Shown here in pieces: positions 26,472-39,300 of a stretch of 64,000 bases of DNA; the stretch's first letter is position 1; each line of letters opens with the position of its first letter. The notes under the pieces are model-generated. The model did no database searches. It saw nothing but the letters and a program-made list of their open reading frames with translations, and was not told the origin of the DNA. The stretch lies in NCBI GenBank assembly GCA_907165135.1, contig OU015566.1, positions 12,152,001-12,216,000 of the forward strand. The letters run 5' to 3'. Made by a program: the position numbers and the translations under genes. Source of the DNA: Oikopleura dioica (lineage: Eukaryota > Animalia > Chordata).

Positions 26472-26738
26472 CTAGACGCCTGGACTTAGGACCTCGTGAA
26501 TTAAATTAGGAAGAAGACAGAGCATGTTGAGCAATTGATAGCTTGGCAAGTTAAGCTGGGACCGGATGAGGGAGAGTATGTGAGGCCTTGGCGAGAAGTG
26601 GCGATGGGGATGAAGCTGAAGCGCGCCGAAGCGAACCAATCGCACAGCCAGAGCAAAAGTGACACTACGCGTCACAGAGAAAGGAACCCTCAGAGATTGA
26701 ATCAGCTTCCCAGCAATTGAACTTTTCGTCATGAACAT
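26472..26738 (-). CDS. Small ORF of unknown function (MFMTKSSIAGKLIQSLRVPF...)
   Basis: ATG directly follows a pyrimidine-rich AG (ttgaacAG|ATG), 17 nt after the upstream putative stop; no recognisable family. Confidence 0.35.
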   Translation of the reverse strand: MFMTKSSIAGKLIQSLRVPFSVTRSVTFALAVRLVRFGALQLHPHRHFSPRPHILSLIRSQLNLPSYQLLNMLCLLPNLIHEVLSPGV

Positions 26739-26755
26739 CTGTTCAAGGTACAAAG

Positions 26756-27014
26756 CTAGTCGTAAAACTTTAAACGATAACCATGGCCGTGATCTATTGA
26801 TTTATTCCTCTTCCTTGATATCAATCCCTTTTTCAAAAAGACACTTGGTTTTATAAGCTTGTCTAAATAATCAAGATCTTTGTATGTTCAAAAAATCGTC
26901 AAATATGAGCAGAAGTTTGCCAGGAATGTATTCAGGCGCCTCGTCGGTTTCACCAACGTGCGAAATGCACCAAAACGCGAAAACCACTGTCCGCTCCAAC
27001 AAATTTTCGCTCAT
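26756..27014 (-). CDS. Putative small two-exon ORF of unknown function (MSENLLERT...YRLKFYD)
   Basis: Needs a GC-AG intron (CCT G|GCAAAC...TTTAG|AC AAG) to be continuous; operon-like spacing. Confidence 0.25.
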
Positions 27015-27298
27015 TTATTCATTTCTCCCCATTATTTCCCCAAGAGACGTTCGAAGAAAAAAAAAACCCTGATTCTTGTGTTATTGAAAATAACTGGAAA
27101 TCACCGAAACTCTTAGGCGTCTTTTTAGAGTCTTTTCTCGGTCAAGTTTGAGTAGGGTTTAAGGTTTTGTTCGCGAGAGGGGAAATAACTCAATAGAATA
27201 ATAGGCCCTATGGGTTGGTCTTTTTCCTTTCAATGATTATTGAGAGAAATTTTAAAAAGCTAAAGGCTATATTTTTTCAGGTGACTGAAAATCGAAAA

Positions 27299-30200
27299 TG
27301 TACCAGCAACCTGGACAGGCTTCCATTCCTGGAATGGTCGCACAGCCACCGCCACAACAGCCTGTCGCTCAGACAACTGCTCCCGGAGCAGTTCCTGGCG
27401 CAGTCCCTGGAGCTGTACCCGGTGCTGTTCCAGGAGCACAGACCCAGCCCCAAGCTGGAGTTCACGGTCAACAGCCGCCTAATAAGGTACTTTTATGAAA
27501 ATTTAATTCAAGCGTACTTGGCGACTAAAAAGACGCTAAATTCTTAATTTGTCGACGTTTTATCAAGTTGTTTTCAAGCTCTCGTTCTTCAACAAGGCTC
27601 CAGTGGACCCCGCCGAGCGTTTCCGCGGCGAAGGCCAGAAATTCCGAGCTAAGCTGATCGGCATCGACCAAGTGCCCAACTCGCGTGGCGACAAAATGTG
27701 CCAGGAGGTAATCGATTTCCACCACTTAATTTCAACCGCCTATCATCTTATAGAGAAGCTCTCTCTTTCGCAGTCTAAGAAATAGGGTTGTTTTATTATC
27801 CCCCTCCGATTGTTTGCAGAGAGACAGTGGGTCAATTTGAACTCACGTGAGTCCGTTTAGGTCATTCTGAAGCAGAAGTCAATTGTCACAGCCTCGGGCC
27901 TACACAAGCAGAGAGTCGTCGTTCAAGTCACTCTTGAAGGAATCACCATCATCGACGTAGACTCAAACGTAAGAGACTGTTGTTGTGAACTTAATTATTT
28001 TATCGTCGTCTCGCAGGAAGCTGCAAAGTGTGGCAAACAAACACGCTGACTATTTTCGTTTAGCAAACGCAGTTCATTCATCCCGTCGAGAAAATCTCCT
28101 TCATCTCTCGCGACACCACCGACAGACGGGCGTTTGGATACATTGTGGAAGGGGAAGAAAAGCAGTTTCACTTTTTTGGAATCAAAACTGGCAACGCAGC
28201 TGAGGGACTCGTGTTGGCTCTTAGAGATCTTTTCCAAGTCGTGTACGATATCAAACAGAAAGAGAAAGCTGGTGGAGGAGCCAGTGCTCAGGCAGCATCT
28301 GCGAACTTGCAAAATCTTGAACAGGTTGCTTTAGCCCCTAGGATTTCTATAAATAACAAGTCTAGGGCATTTCTGAGCTGACTGTAGTTGCGAACAACGC
28401 TTCAGGCGCCCCTGTAAGTATCCAGAGTCCATTATCCCAAAATTGTCCTTATAATGTCCTCTGTGATTAGAAGGACCTAATTCTGATTTCTCATCAAGAC
28501 CTACCACTACTCCACATCCGACCTGACCTCAATCGCATCCGACCTATCTTTCACCGGATCAATGACGTCTCTCCGACGAAAATCGAAATTCAACAAACTC
28601 AAATCACGAGTGTCCGGAAGTTTCAACTCGAAGTTAAAAAAACTTCTGCCATCGTCGGAAAAACTAAGCCAAAGGGGGAGCATGGAGAGGCTTAGCCCGC
28701 TTTTCTTTGATGGAATCTGCAAAGAAGGTAAGCTGTGAAGAATTTATAGACTATAGTGAGCATTTTGAGATTTCCTTCTTTGACGCTTCCGTTTTTCTGT
28801 TGAACTTATAGCATGAAGCCCATTCATGCTTCAAAAATGTTTTATGTAACATCTCAATTTTTGACAGCATCTTTGGTGTCATCGCTTCATGCTCTTGGCA
28901 ACAACGTATGAATGTAATAGTCGTCATCTTTCAAGGTGTCGGCAAGCTTGACTTCGGACTTGACGAGGATCATTATCATGCTCAGTTTTAATCATATTTT
29001 CCAGCTCTTGAATTGGAGAGTTGCGACGAGACGGATGAAGATATTTGTAACCGTCTAGCATTCGAGTTCAACGCAGAGCACGTTCGTAGTGGAAAAGTGC
29101 AAGAAAGACCAGTTGATGTCGGTAAAACGCTCAAAATTTCCAAGCCTCCACGGAGAAAATCTAAATCACCTTCACAGCGGATGAAATTTCCATCAATAAC
29201 GAGCATATCCGGGTCCGATCTAAGCGAGGAATCTGCTGATGAGGATAACCCGAGAGGATCGTTGAGAATATCTTTGTCTTCAGGAAAATGGTTTTATTAT
29301 TATTGAATTTATCTGAGGCGATCATATAAAGTGCTTTATAAAAACCAAGAATAAGATTCGTCAGATGACCATTCTATCGGGTTCACTGCCGACAGAAAAT
29401 CCGTCAAGTCTGTACGCTCTAACAAGTTAACAAGAGACAGCCAGACACCGACCCGGGATGAATGTGATTCAATCGAAACAGGATCCAGCTTTCGAAGTTT
29501 CCACAGACAGTCCACCTATGCCTCCGCAAAGTCTACATTTTCCGCTTCTTCGGGTGTATCTGGGACATCAGAACATTCAACCACGTCAGACGGTTCATTC
29601 ACCAGGCTACGGGGTTCGTCAGGAAAGTTACTCTCAAGTTTTGATTCCGTTGCTCTTGTCGAGACGTTTGCTCGGAATCAACTTTTAAGGACGGCGCAGA
29701 ACTGACTCAATGTCAAGGAAACGTCTTGGGCACGTCTTTAAAGAAGAAGATGAAGCTGTAGATCCTTGGTCACCGGCGAAAATCAAGAGTGATGAAGACA
29801 AGGAAGAATCTGAAGCACTCGAAAATATCGAAAGTTTTCCCGTTGATTGGACGAGTTTCGCTACATCGTCAATCAGAGAATCTATTGACCAGGATATCAA
29901 TTCTTCTTTTGATACCCTTAGAGCGGAAGATTCATCTGCTCTGACGAACGATTTAGGAAAGGATAAAACGATGAAATTTATGTTAAAATGGGTGGGATCA
30001 CCACTACAGATGCTGACAGAATAACAAAAAATTCTTCTCCTACCTTGACTCCGTAGCTCTTGTTTACAATCGTATCTCCTTAATAAGATTCAACCGACGT
30101 GCCAGAATCTTTATTCGGATCTGTCAGCTCGACACCCACTGATGTAACATCCATGTGGGGTGATTTTCCTCAAGACGCGCAAGAAGCCTTTGCCGATGCT

Positions 30201-32549
30201 CAGGAAGATGTAGATCGCAAAAATTATTTCCTCGATAGAATAATTGAAGAAACGATGGTAAAGGTACGTATCGCTGATTTAAATACAGCAATTATTCAAA
30301 TTTTAGGTGACTCACGAAATTAACGAAAATGGAATCCATCATACGTATCAGCATCATGCTACCTGGGAAAATATTATCTCCTTGCCAAATTATGCCGATG
30401 ACGATGGCGCGTCCGAATCAGGATCATCGTATTCGGGCAGTAGCAGCCGGTCTGACTGGTCGTCAAACAGGGAACGAGTTCGTATTCTGAACTCGATCGT
30501 GAATTCAGCCCCAAATGCTTTGATGCTTTTGTTAGTGAAAGAAAATGCAAATAAAAACTCGTGATAAGCTCGAACGTGACAACGTCTTCATCCAAGGAAG
30601 CCACTGATTCCACTGGATCTGCAGAGATTCAAGCTGCAGACTCTGTTATAATTCCTTCCACGAACAAATCTCCGTCCTCGTCACGATGTGCGAATTCCAA
30701 AGAAGATATTTCTGTGACTAAGGAGCCCCGAGACTCCTTTGTGCATAGAAGGGAAAATTCTAATGTTTCATCTGCTTCTGGAAAAAGCAGCATTCAATCA
30801 GAAATGGACCGTCTATCACAAACAGGCATGGTTTCAGAAGACACAGGAATTACTTAATAGTCTCCATTTACGTCAGATATATTTTACGTTCGAGGCCTTT
30901 CCATATCTGCCGTGGTTCGCGTCACATGAAAAACCCTCCTGAATCCATTATAGAACGCAACAACCTCATAGCCGAACAAATCAATGAAAACCAAGACCTA
31001 CCTCCAGTTCCCTCCACCCCCATTTTCGAACGATTGACTATTTCTTCATCCTTGCGATCAGGAAGCACTTTCCGATCTCAGCACCTGGTGCGGAGAAATT
31101 GCCCACCACCCATTCCACCCAGACTTTCCGAGCGGCGGAAAAAGGTCTCGGGACCTCCCGTAGTCTAAGAGAATCATTAAACTTATATCTTTCAGGCCGT
31201 ACCAGACACCCCAACCACTGAGTCGGCTCCTTCAGGAAACGGCCTAGACGATCTTGCTGGCGCTTTCGGTAAGAAAGTGTGGAAACAAGATTTTCAACTT
31301 TTTTTTACAGACACCGCGGCTCAGTCGCCAGCCGAAATCTCAACAGAAAATAAGATGGCTAGCATCATGGGTGCGTTCGGTAGTGCTCCACCTGCCCAGC
31401 CGAATCCTACCATGGGAGGAATGGGAGGTATGCCTGCTCAGCAAAACGCTTTTGGAGCAATGGGTGGTATGCAAGGAATGGGCCAGCCTGCCATGTCTCA
31501 GCCTACAATGTCTATGCCTTCTATGCCCCAGCCTTCATTGTCACAGCCTGCAATGTCCCAGCCAGCGATGTCTATGCCCACCATGTCTCAGCAGCCCATG
31601 GCCATGCCAGCCATGTCTCAGCCTCAAGTGGCTCCAATGTCTACAAATACGGTACGAAATGTTACAGGAATTCGAACACGTTCAAATAAGCATAAAATTG
31701 AATTTGATTAGCAATTTCGGTAGCTAGTCTTGATTTGGACTGATTCAATGTTGTGGAAATGAATTAAATTTCTTCGTTAGAATGATTCTTTAGGGATTCG
31801 GATCAAGCACTGGTGGCATGATGGCTTCGTCAGCGATGATGCAACCACAGCCTACCAATACAAGCCAGTCCACGATGTCCCCTTCAGGCGGAACTAGTGT
31901 TGGAAAAGCCATGTATGTATTGCTGAAAACATCTGATATTTCTAGCAGAGCATATTCTTGTGGAAAGCCTCTGCAGATCGTGTAGGAGAAATGTAACTAC
32001 TCTCCTTATGGTATGCTGAAGCTCTGTTCTATAGCCTATAGAATCTATAGACTATTGGACTCAAACTTCAGGATCCCCAAAGATGGATTTTTTACCATCA
32101 GTAAAATTATACTGTACCGTACATTCGATATGTATGAGCGTAAATATCAACAAAAATGTAGAGTTCTAGGCATCGCTTGTAGCTTGCTTTACGCATTCTC
32201 GCACAAGTGATACTTTCCCGCGGTGAACTAGCGAGTAAGTGTTTACATTTTATCTTCTTCCTTGATTTCGAGTGCGTCAGAGTGATTTTGGAGCTGTTCA
32301 AAATCGATTGCCTCGACCAGCTGTAAAATAGTTTCTGTTTCTACGTCAGACTTTTTCACTAACAAAAGTATCTTCTTGACCGGGGTTTAACTATCAAAAC
32401 TTAGGAACGATCCCTTCGCGGACCTCGGCGGACTAACCGGGCTCAAGCCAAAAGCTGCGCCGGCGCCAACGCCAACTATGGGACAAATGGCCGCCAGTGC
32501 AAACCCTCCACCACCGCAGCAGCAGTCTTTTGATTCTTTATTCGGATAA
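27299..32549 (+). CDS. DAB: Disabled (Dab1/Dab2) PTB adaptor
   Basis: [76 protein letters not shown]; Met/Pro/Gln-rich tail with NDPFADL and FDSLF. Confidence 0.93.
28499..31168 (+). CDS. Ser-rich multi-exon cassette inside the large Dab intron with its own stop; likely alternative C-terminus
   Basis: Chain of long open frames (29013-29306, about 29356-29700, 29710-30024, 30099-30323, 30307-30564, 30561-30857, 30926-31168) bounded by splice-like sites. Confidence 0.6.
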
Positions 32550-32971
32550 CTTCACAACTCAGCCTTTTTATTTTCTTCTGTTACTACTGTTAAAAAACTT
32601 GGGTAAATAAGTTCAAATTCGTCGCCAAGTGTCAAAGTCACCAAAAACAATTCTAATCTGCTCAAAAAACTCTGTCCAAATGCCATATACAATAGAATAA
32701 AGTAAATTGCAAAACTGAAAACAAATTGATCGTTTTTGAGAAATCTTTAATAAATAGAATGAAGTCAGAATGAAAGGTATAAACTACAGAAAGGCTTTTT
32801 GGGGAAATATTTTGATACAGAAAATAAGATAAGTAAGGGGTCGTTTTTTATACAGGGCTTTCATCTCATAGAAAGATTGATATGCAGCAAGATTGAATTG
32901 AAGTTGGTTGTTCAGGCGCGATTTATTTTTTTCACTTGGCATTGAATTTAGTTCTCGATCATGTTTGACAC

Positions 32972-35900
32972 TCAAACACTCATCGCATGATTTTGCGTCG
33001 TGACTTCTTCAACTGAGCGTTTCAGGTGGAAGAATTCTTTGAGATTTTCCTTGGCTCCCCGATCGAAGGGATTTGTAAACTGGCCCATTGAATTTTTCAG
33101 GTATTCGTATCTTCTGAAGTTGACTTGTTCGTTCGTCGTCATGTTTTTGACAGCGTTGTATGTCGTCCCAATCTAATTCCTTATAAAACTGTTTCCAATA
33201 TGATAAACTTACGAATAAGGGAGTGCACAAAAAGGTGAAAACTCCGCAGATAATCTGGCAAAAGAGCAGCCACCAATCCTTCTTCGACTCTTGATGCTGA
33301 GTTTGGTAGGCAATATAGTGAAAAGTCCAGAGCATCGCGACTGTGGAAGCCAAGAATAAATAAAAATGATGCTGGTTGTGGTAGCCAATGGAATTTCCAA
33401 CATAGGCGCAGTGATGATCAAATCGCTTCACGCAACGATTGAGGATTTTACAGTGCTTTGCTCGAAGTGGCTAAAAAGAGGAGTAAGAGAAGAAGAAACA
33501 TGGAAAATCAAGGCCAGTGCGATAAAGCTGCGGGGATAAGCGTCATAGAGCTCCCCACTTTGAAGCTTGATGGCGTCTAGGAAGACGGAAGTTTCCATCG
33601 CACCTTGAGCCGAGCCCCGAGTTTCATCAAAAAGTGACCGAATACTGCAAGATTGCATCCCGTATTCGGATAGAAGCTCCTTTGATGAAACCAGCTCACC
33701 TTCAAGATGTCTGAAACTCGTGAGCTTCCTAGATGGGAAAAACTCAATGTCAGAGTAATCATATCATGAAGTTCATGTCATAAGCTTACCTTGACACATC
33801 TGCAAGTATGACAGAGTCGACTGAGAGGATTTTCTTCGCCGTCTTCCCATTTATCATAACGAGCTACAGCTTTGATCTTCTCACTGTACTCTTCTGTATT
33901 TCTTGGGAGAACTCCGGGGTCTGTATTGTGCACCCTAGAAGGAAAGTCAACGATCGTTCTTCAAATGAGAACATATTTACCTTATCATATTGACCCAGAG
34001 AACAAAATTAGCACACCAGAAAAATAAATTTGCGATTGGAAATCCCTCGAGCGTAACAGTAGGCAGTATTCGTAAAAAATAGGTTGGATAAGCGAGGAAT
34101 ATCAGAATTCCAAGCATGAAATGCATCGTTGTCTTTCTTCGTCCAGGGGGACCGAAAATCACGGACTGAAGGTCGAATATAGGAATAACGGACTTTTGCC
34201 TTTTAAAGTGTTTCAAAAGGAATATTTCTAATATTAATCGATTCTATATTTAGAAAAGTATTCTTTCGAAACACTTCCCTGGCAGCTGATCTTTCCAGAT
34301 ATCTGACCGTCTCCCAGTGCTTCCTCCCCTCCGCGAGTTTCCTAGGTGAATTTCCATTAAAGTCCACGGCTTCAAGTTCGACGTCTTGCTCCACGAGGAC
34401 TTTGACGGTATTAAGATTTCCAGACAGACAACCGAGATGAAGCGGTGTTTGACCGAAATTATCGCGCTGTTTAGGATTGAAGCCGGAGTAGATCAGAAGG
34501 CGGCACATTTCTGCGTTACCCTAGAATAAGATTTAGTGAAAACTGGTCGGAGATTCAGCTGATTCTACCTTGAAGGCAGCCCAATGAAGAGCATTGTCGC
34601 CTTCTCGATCGACAAGTTGATACCGCGCTCCTCTGCCGAGAAGATAGCCCGTCAGATTCGTTCTTCCATACTGCGAAGCTGTGATCAGTGGCGAACAGCC
34701 TTTGTTATCCGTGGCATCGATTGCCGCACCGGCTTCGAGGAGGAGGTCAACGACTGGCACATGCCCACCGGAGGCTTAAAAATGGAATTAATTACGAATT
34801 CGATTCTCGAATGGACGCACCAGCCCAGTGAATCGGCTGCGCACCGAGCTCGTTCCTTGCTGGCATATCCACAGGAGCCCTGCATTCGATGAAGAAACGA
34901 ACGACATGGCTGTGTCCACCAAGAGCTGCCCAGTGTAGCGGAGTATGCCCTTCTCGGTCGTATTGGTGAAGGACCCCTACACCCAGACGATCGACGATTT
35001 CTTAATAAGATTTATTTTTAAATTATTCCCTTTGATGGAAATTCCGACAAAATCATCGAACATGATCAAGGCCTGTTCAAATAAAGATGATTAAATTGAA
35101 ATAATTTACAATCATGGCGATTCAAATAATTCCGAACCGGTTGAATCTGCATTTTCGCTATGAATGTATTATTTCGCATGAAACAACAGGAAACAGTCAC
35201 CATGATTAAAACAAGATTGGTTGAATCCTCAGTTGATGATGTAAAAATTACGATTTCACGACATAAGTTATGACGGTATTTTTCCGCAAGGGCCACAGCG
35301 CTCTACTGTACGATATACACAAGAAATACAGCAGCTAGCAAGCATCTGATGACTGAGTTTATATGGGTCCATTCAATTTTATAATATCAGAAAAAGATGA
35401 ACGGTCTCTTCTCGAATATAACATAACAGTCTCGTATGACCAAATACAGACTGCAGTTAGCACATTTATAGATAGTTTTCCGTCAATCATGCAGCTTTAA
35501 CTGCCATTTGTTGAATATAAATTAAATTCAAATAGGCATCTGATAGACTGTTTTGTCAAGACGCCATAGGATCATCCGGGTTTCAATGGACTTTTTTTTA
35601 TGTCATTCTAACATGATCAGATTTTTCTCGAAAGAAACACAATATTTCATGTGATGATTCTTACCCGAATATAGTAAGAAAGAGAAGATCGATCATACCT
35701 TGGCAAGGAATGAGGAGCCCCGCTTTTGCAGCTTGAAAGACGTCATACTCGCGCAATACTCGCTCGATTTCAGCATCTTCCATTCCCGACATATTCGAAG
35801 ATTTCACAGACCCAAAACCTTCCAATTGGTTTAAATAAATTAAAATTCAGCTGAGCAGAATATCAGGACTCCTGAGTCATGAGCGCAAAAATTACTAGCA

Positions 35901-36063
35901 GACGAGACAAGAAGCTGCGTTCATAGAATAGATCACAAGGATCAGATGCGCTACCAATGCCAAATAAAGATTGTTAGATTGCAAACGATAAAACCATTCC
36001 TGGATAACCCTGTGGGCCAGCGACGATTCCGGGAGGACCGGAATCCATCCCAGGAGAATCCAT
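32972..36063 (-). CDS. ZDHHC17: Ankyrin-repeat DHHC palmitoyltransferase (HIP14-like)
   Basis: GHTPLHWAA, GCSPLITASQYG, GDNALHWAAFK, GQTPLHLGC ankyrins; RFDHHCAYVGNSIG; NMTTNE and NPFD motifs. ZDHHC13 vs 17 not resolved. Confidence 0.9.
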
Positions 36064-36947
36064 TTTCTTCGATAACGAAAATTCCCTCTTCTACGATTTT
36101 CTTCTTTCTTTGGCGATTTCGATTTCTACTTGTCTCTTTGATTTTTGTATCTGAAAGAAAATAGGTTAATTATTAACAAAAATTCTTTATCATTAATGAG
36201 TCGTTTTTTCATGCAGTAACAAGTTAGTGGAGCGATTTTCCCCGGCGCGTCGTGGTGCTAGCACCAAAACGGATTGGAGGAGGAGCAAGACCCTCTAGGC
36301 AATCTCACGGCGTCGGGAAAAAATTCTCAGCCGGATTCTTCATGAACTGCTTTGATGCAATTTAGGTTTTGATCATGAATTTTTCAGTGAAAAGCAGATA
36401 ACACACTTTACATTGCTTCAATAATTTCAATAATAGCTCTTCGGAAATTCATTTTAGAAAAAGTATTCAGCTTTCTTTCTTATTTTCTCTTTCAGTTTTC
36501 TAAAAACATTTCATAAAAGAAAAGAACTACTGTAAAACAGGACTGTAGTGAAATTGAGCCAAGAAATCTCTCCTCGCTCGAGTGACTTTGGCCAATAAGC
36601 GCGCTCTGAAGATTCGGATCTGGGGAAACGATAAGAATCATAAAGGAACTGCCGAGATTGTTGCGCATGATACCCTTGATCATCCAGCTATTCCTTTGAT
36701 AACAGTGATAAAATTAAATCATATTGAGTCGATATTATTGACTAACTTTATAATATAGTTCAGCTCAAGCAGTGTTTCATAAGGAAAGAGATAAAGGAAT
36801 TTCCTTTTTTTATCCTTTAGGAAATATTATTTTATCCTTAGCCTTACTGATAAAACTAAGCGACATGTCATCTAATTTATGACATGACATCGTCGTCTTG
36901 GGTCTGCTACATCATCGGTGAGGATTCATCACAAATTCTTCCTGAAG

Positions 36948-37006
36948 CTGGCGCTAAAGAAAATGTCTCGCTTGCGCCAGAATTCAGCCCTCGTTTTTCG
37001 TATAAA
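36948..37006 (+). promoter_or_regulatory. Inverted repeat CTGGCGC-N19-GCGCCAG plus TATA upstream of secreted peptide A
   Basis: Arms 36948-36954 and 36974-36980; TATAAA 37001; same arrangement upstream of peptide B. Confidence 0.65.
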
Positions 37007-37054
37007 AACAATTTCGTTACTATCACAGCATCAGTTTCAGTTTGAACTCAAAAA

Positions 37055-37270
37055 ATGAAACTCCTCATCATCTTCAGCTCTCTTGTCTCACTCGCTCTTG
37101 GCGATTTGCTCTACCAAAATCGGCTCACAAATCACTTGGTTAGTGCTTCCAGCGCGACCAGGTCGGCTCTGACCGCTGAGGATCTGGTCATGCTCCAGAT
37201 CTTCAAGCACGATCCAAAAATCATGCGACGATTTTTCTTCAAGCGCAGCTTTGCGCGACGCATGAAGTAA
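37055..37270 (+). CDS. Small intronless secreted cationic peptide A, 71 aa
   Basis: Signal peptide MKLLIIFSSLVSLALG, mature start DLLYQNRL, clear paralog at 45526. Confidence 0.85.
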   Translation: MKLLIIFSSLVSLALGDLLYQNRLTNHLVSASSATRSALTAEDLVMLQIFKHDPKIMRRFFFKRSFARRMK

Positions 37271-37287
37271 ATCCGCATTCTGGAAAA

Positions 37288-38080
37288 TGGCGTCGGGGAG
37301 ATCAGCATTGGCTGGAATCTAGGATATTTTATTCGAATTGAGCTTCAAGTCTTTCGACTTTCCTCCTGACTTGATTTCACTGCAAACAAATATAACGGAA
37401 TTTCTGTAATCATTTTGTATTTCATTGTTGAAATCAATTTTATTGATATCAATCTTTATCACAGTTTCTATGTTATGGAAACTAGAGTTTTCATTTTATG
37501 ATTTCTGTATGATCAAGGTAGGACCGAGGGCTTTTTATATAATCAAAATAAGGTTAGTCAAATACTCTCTATGCCCTGATAACCTCATTTACCAAAAAAG
37601 AACCAAAGCTCAAGTTGACCCAGATTTTAATCGACAAACCATGCCAAAAACTCAAATTGTTCAACTTTCTACCAGAAAACGAACCACGAAAATGCTCATG
37701 CAAATCAGATGCGAACTATATACAACGTCAGTTATTGATTTTCCTATTCAATGAGCTCAGATCCATTATCGATCAAAAATTTTTCCACACCAAATTATCG
37801 AAAAAGATGAAGCGTTAATTCTTCTTAGCAATTAAATTTTCCCCAGCGAGAAGTAGAAAAAAGAGAAGTTGTAAAAAGAAGGTCTAGTGAGCTTAGAAGA
37901 AAGAGAGAGCGTAGTAAATATTTGACCTTCAGAAGTTTAATATCAATCAGGCAAGGACGCCCTTTTTCTTGGGCGATTTTGTTGGATAAATTAATATTGA
38001 CGATTTGAGAATGGAAGTTCAAAGCGGAACATCGGATTTTCACGCACAGGTCAATTTTTCAACATGTAAAGTCTAAAATT
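37288..38080 (+). pseudogene. Fragmented exon-like ORFs of unknown family, possibly a decaying gene
   Basis: Open stretches (37615-37818 and flanks) with splice-like ends but in-frame stops; no recognisable domain. Confidence 0.25.
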
Positions 38081-38454
38081 TAAAATACACAAAATTAAAT
38101 TCAATGAAAGTAAAATTGAAAGAACAATTTTATATTTAAGTTAACTGTATAGATTTATTGTTGAGACGAGCAATTTGAGAGTCGATAATAGCTTGAATAA
38201 AGTAAAAAGTCATAAATTGATTGTTAGAAATAATTAGATTGGCGCTTTATTTTTATGAAACAAGTATTGAAAAGTTGCATCGATGAACTTGAAAGCGACA
38301 TTGGAACAGACCGTTGATGGTGGTTTCAGGGAGATGCGGTTTAGCTAAGTTCAACAGTAGAGTATTATATAACTGGAGAAAAGTAGACTGGGCGTTGATG
38401 CCCCTGGGGTTTGGTGTGGTGCCTCGTTTTTCTTTCAATTTCTTTTACTCCGCT

Positions 38455-38520
38455 TGTCTCAAGCTCAGCTCTCTCTCTCTGTTTCTGCGCTTTACCAGCC
38501 CCTGGCCAATGGCGCCGCTC
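38455..38520 (+). promoter_or_regulatory. Candidate promoter (CT tract plus CCAAT box) upstream of the RAP-domain gene
   Basis: ctctctctctct near 38470 and GGCCAATGG near 38503 in a GC-enriched non-coding patch. Confidence 0.3.
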
Positions 38521-39300
38521 ACGCTCAAACTGAACACACAAAGCCTGCTTTCTCCTCCACTATTCTCCACCCCAGTGGCACTCGCCCTCCAAAACTAGTT
38601 CCCAAGTGACCTTGCTGCCCCACCGCGCGGTTCTAGAGAAGCTCAGCTTTGCCAGAGACAGACAGAGTGCTGAAAACGCCCGTTCTGAAAAAGCCGCGCT
38701 TTCTACAACGAAAATCGCTCTCTTACGCCCTCCCAGGCGGCGAACTTTGCCGGTTGAGCATGAACGGTCACAAGCTAACCGCGGTTACTTTACCCTCGAG
38801 GGGTTCTAGTAACAATGATATCTCATCGAAGAGTAGCTCGAAGTTTGAACTTTTTAATTTGGAGTCTAAACAATTTAGTTTAGCCGCGAAACAAAAGCTC
38901 CTCAACTCTAAATTGTGCCCAAAATGACCATCATAAAAGGCTGAAGAAGCATAAGCTTAAGCCGCATGCGGCTCAAGATTTGGAAAAGCCTCTTTCAAAT
39001 AGAATTGATTCAAAAACTTTCGGATTCAGTGAAATGAAGGCGGATCAACCTCTTTCGATTCAATCTTTTATGAAAAATGAGAGACAGGAAATACTTCTCT
39101 TTTATTTGCCTAATGATTACTATTGAAATATTCTATGGCCATTTTGCCTATTCTTGAATTGATGAATTTTTACATTTCTGTAAACTCGAATCATCGGAAT
39201 AGTCACTGCTCCGTTATTCACTTTCCCCGTCCTACAAGTCTCCAACTTGATCATTTTCAGAATGTGCTGTTAGACAAAGAGAAAGCAAAAAAGCTCGAAG

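Noticed and set aside
26560-26700. COX7C-like or NDUFB1-like resemblance of the small ORFs
   Set aside because: Needs an unsupported frameshift or rests on a 4-residue match
28017-28035. Possible micro-exon with a non-canonical donor in Dab
   Set aside because: A single 95-nt GT-AG intron gives [19 protein letters not shown], matching the recalled PTB spacing
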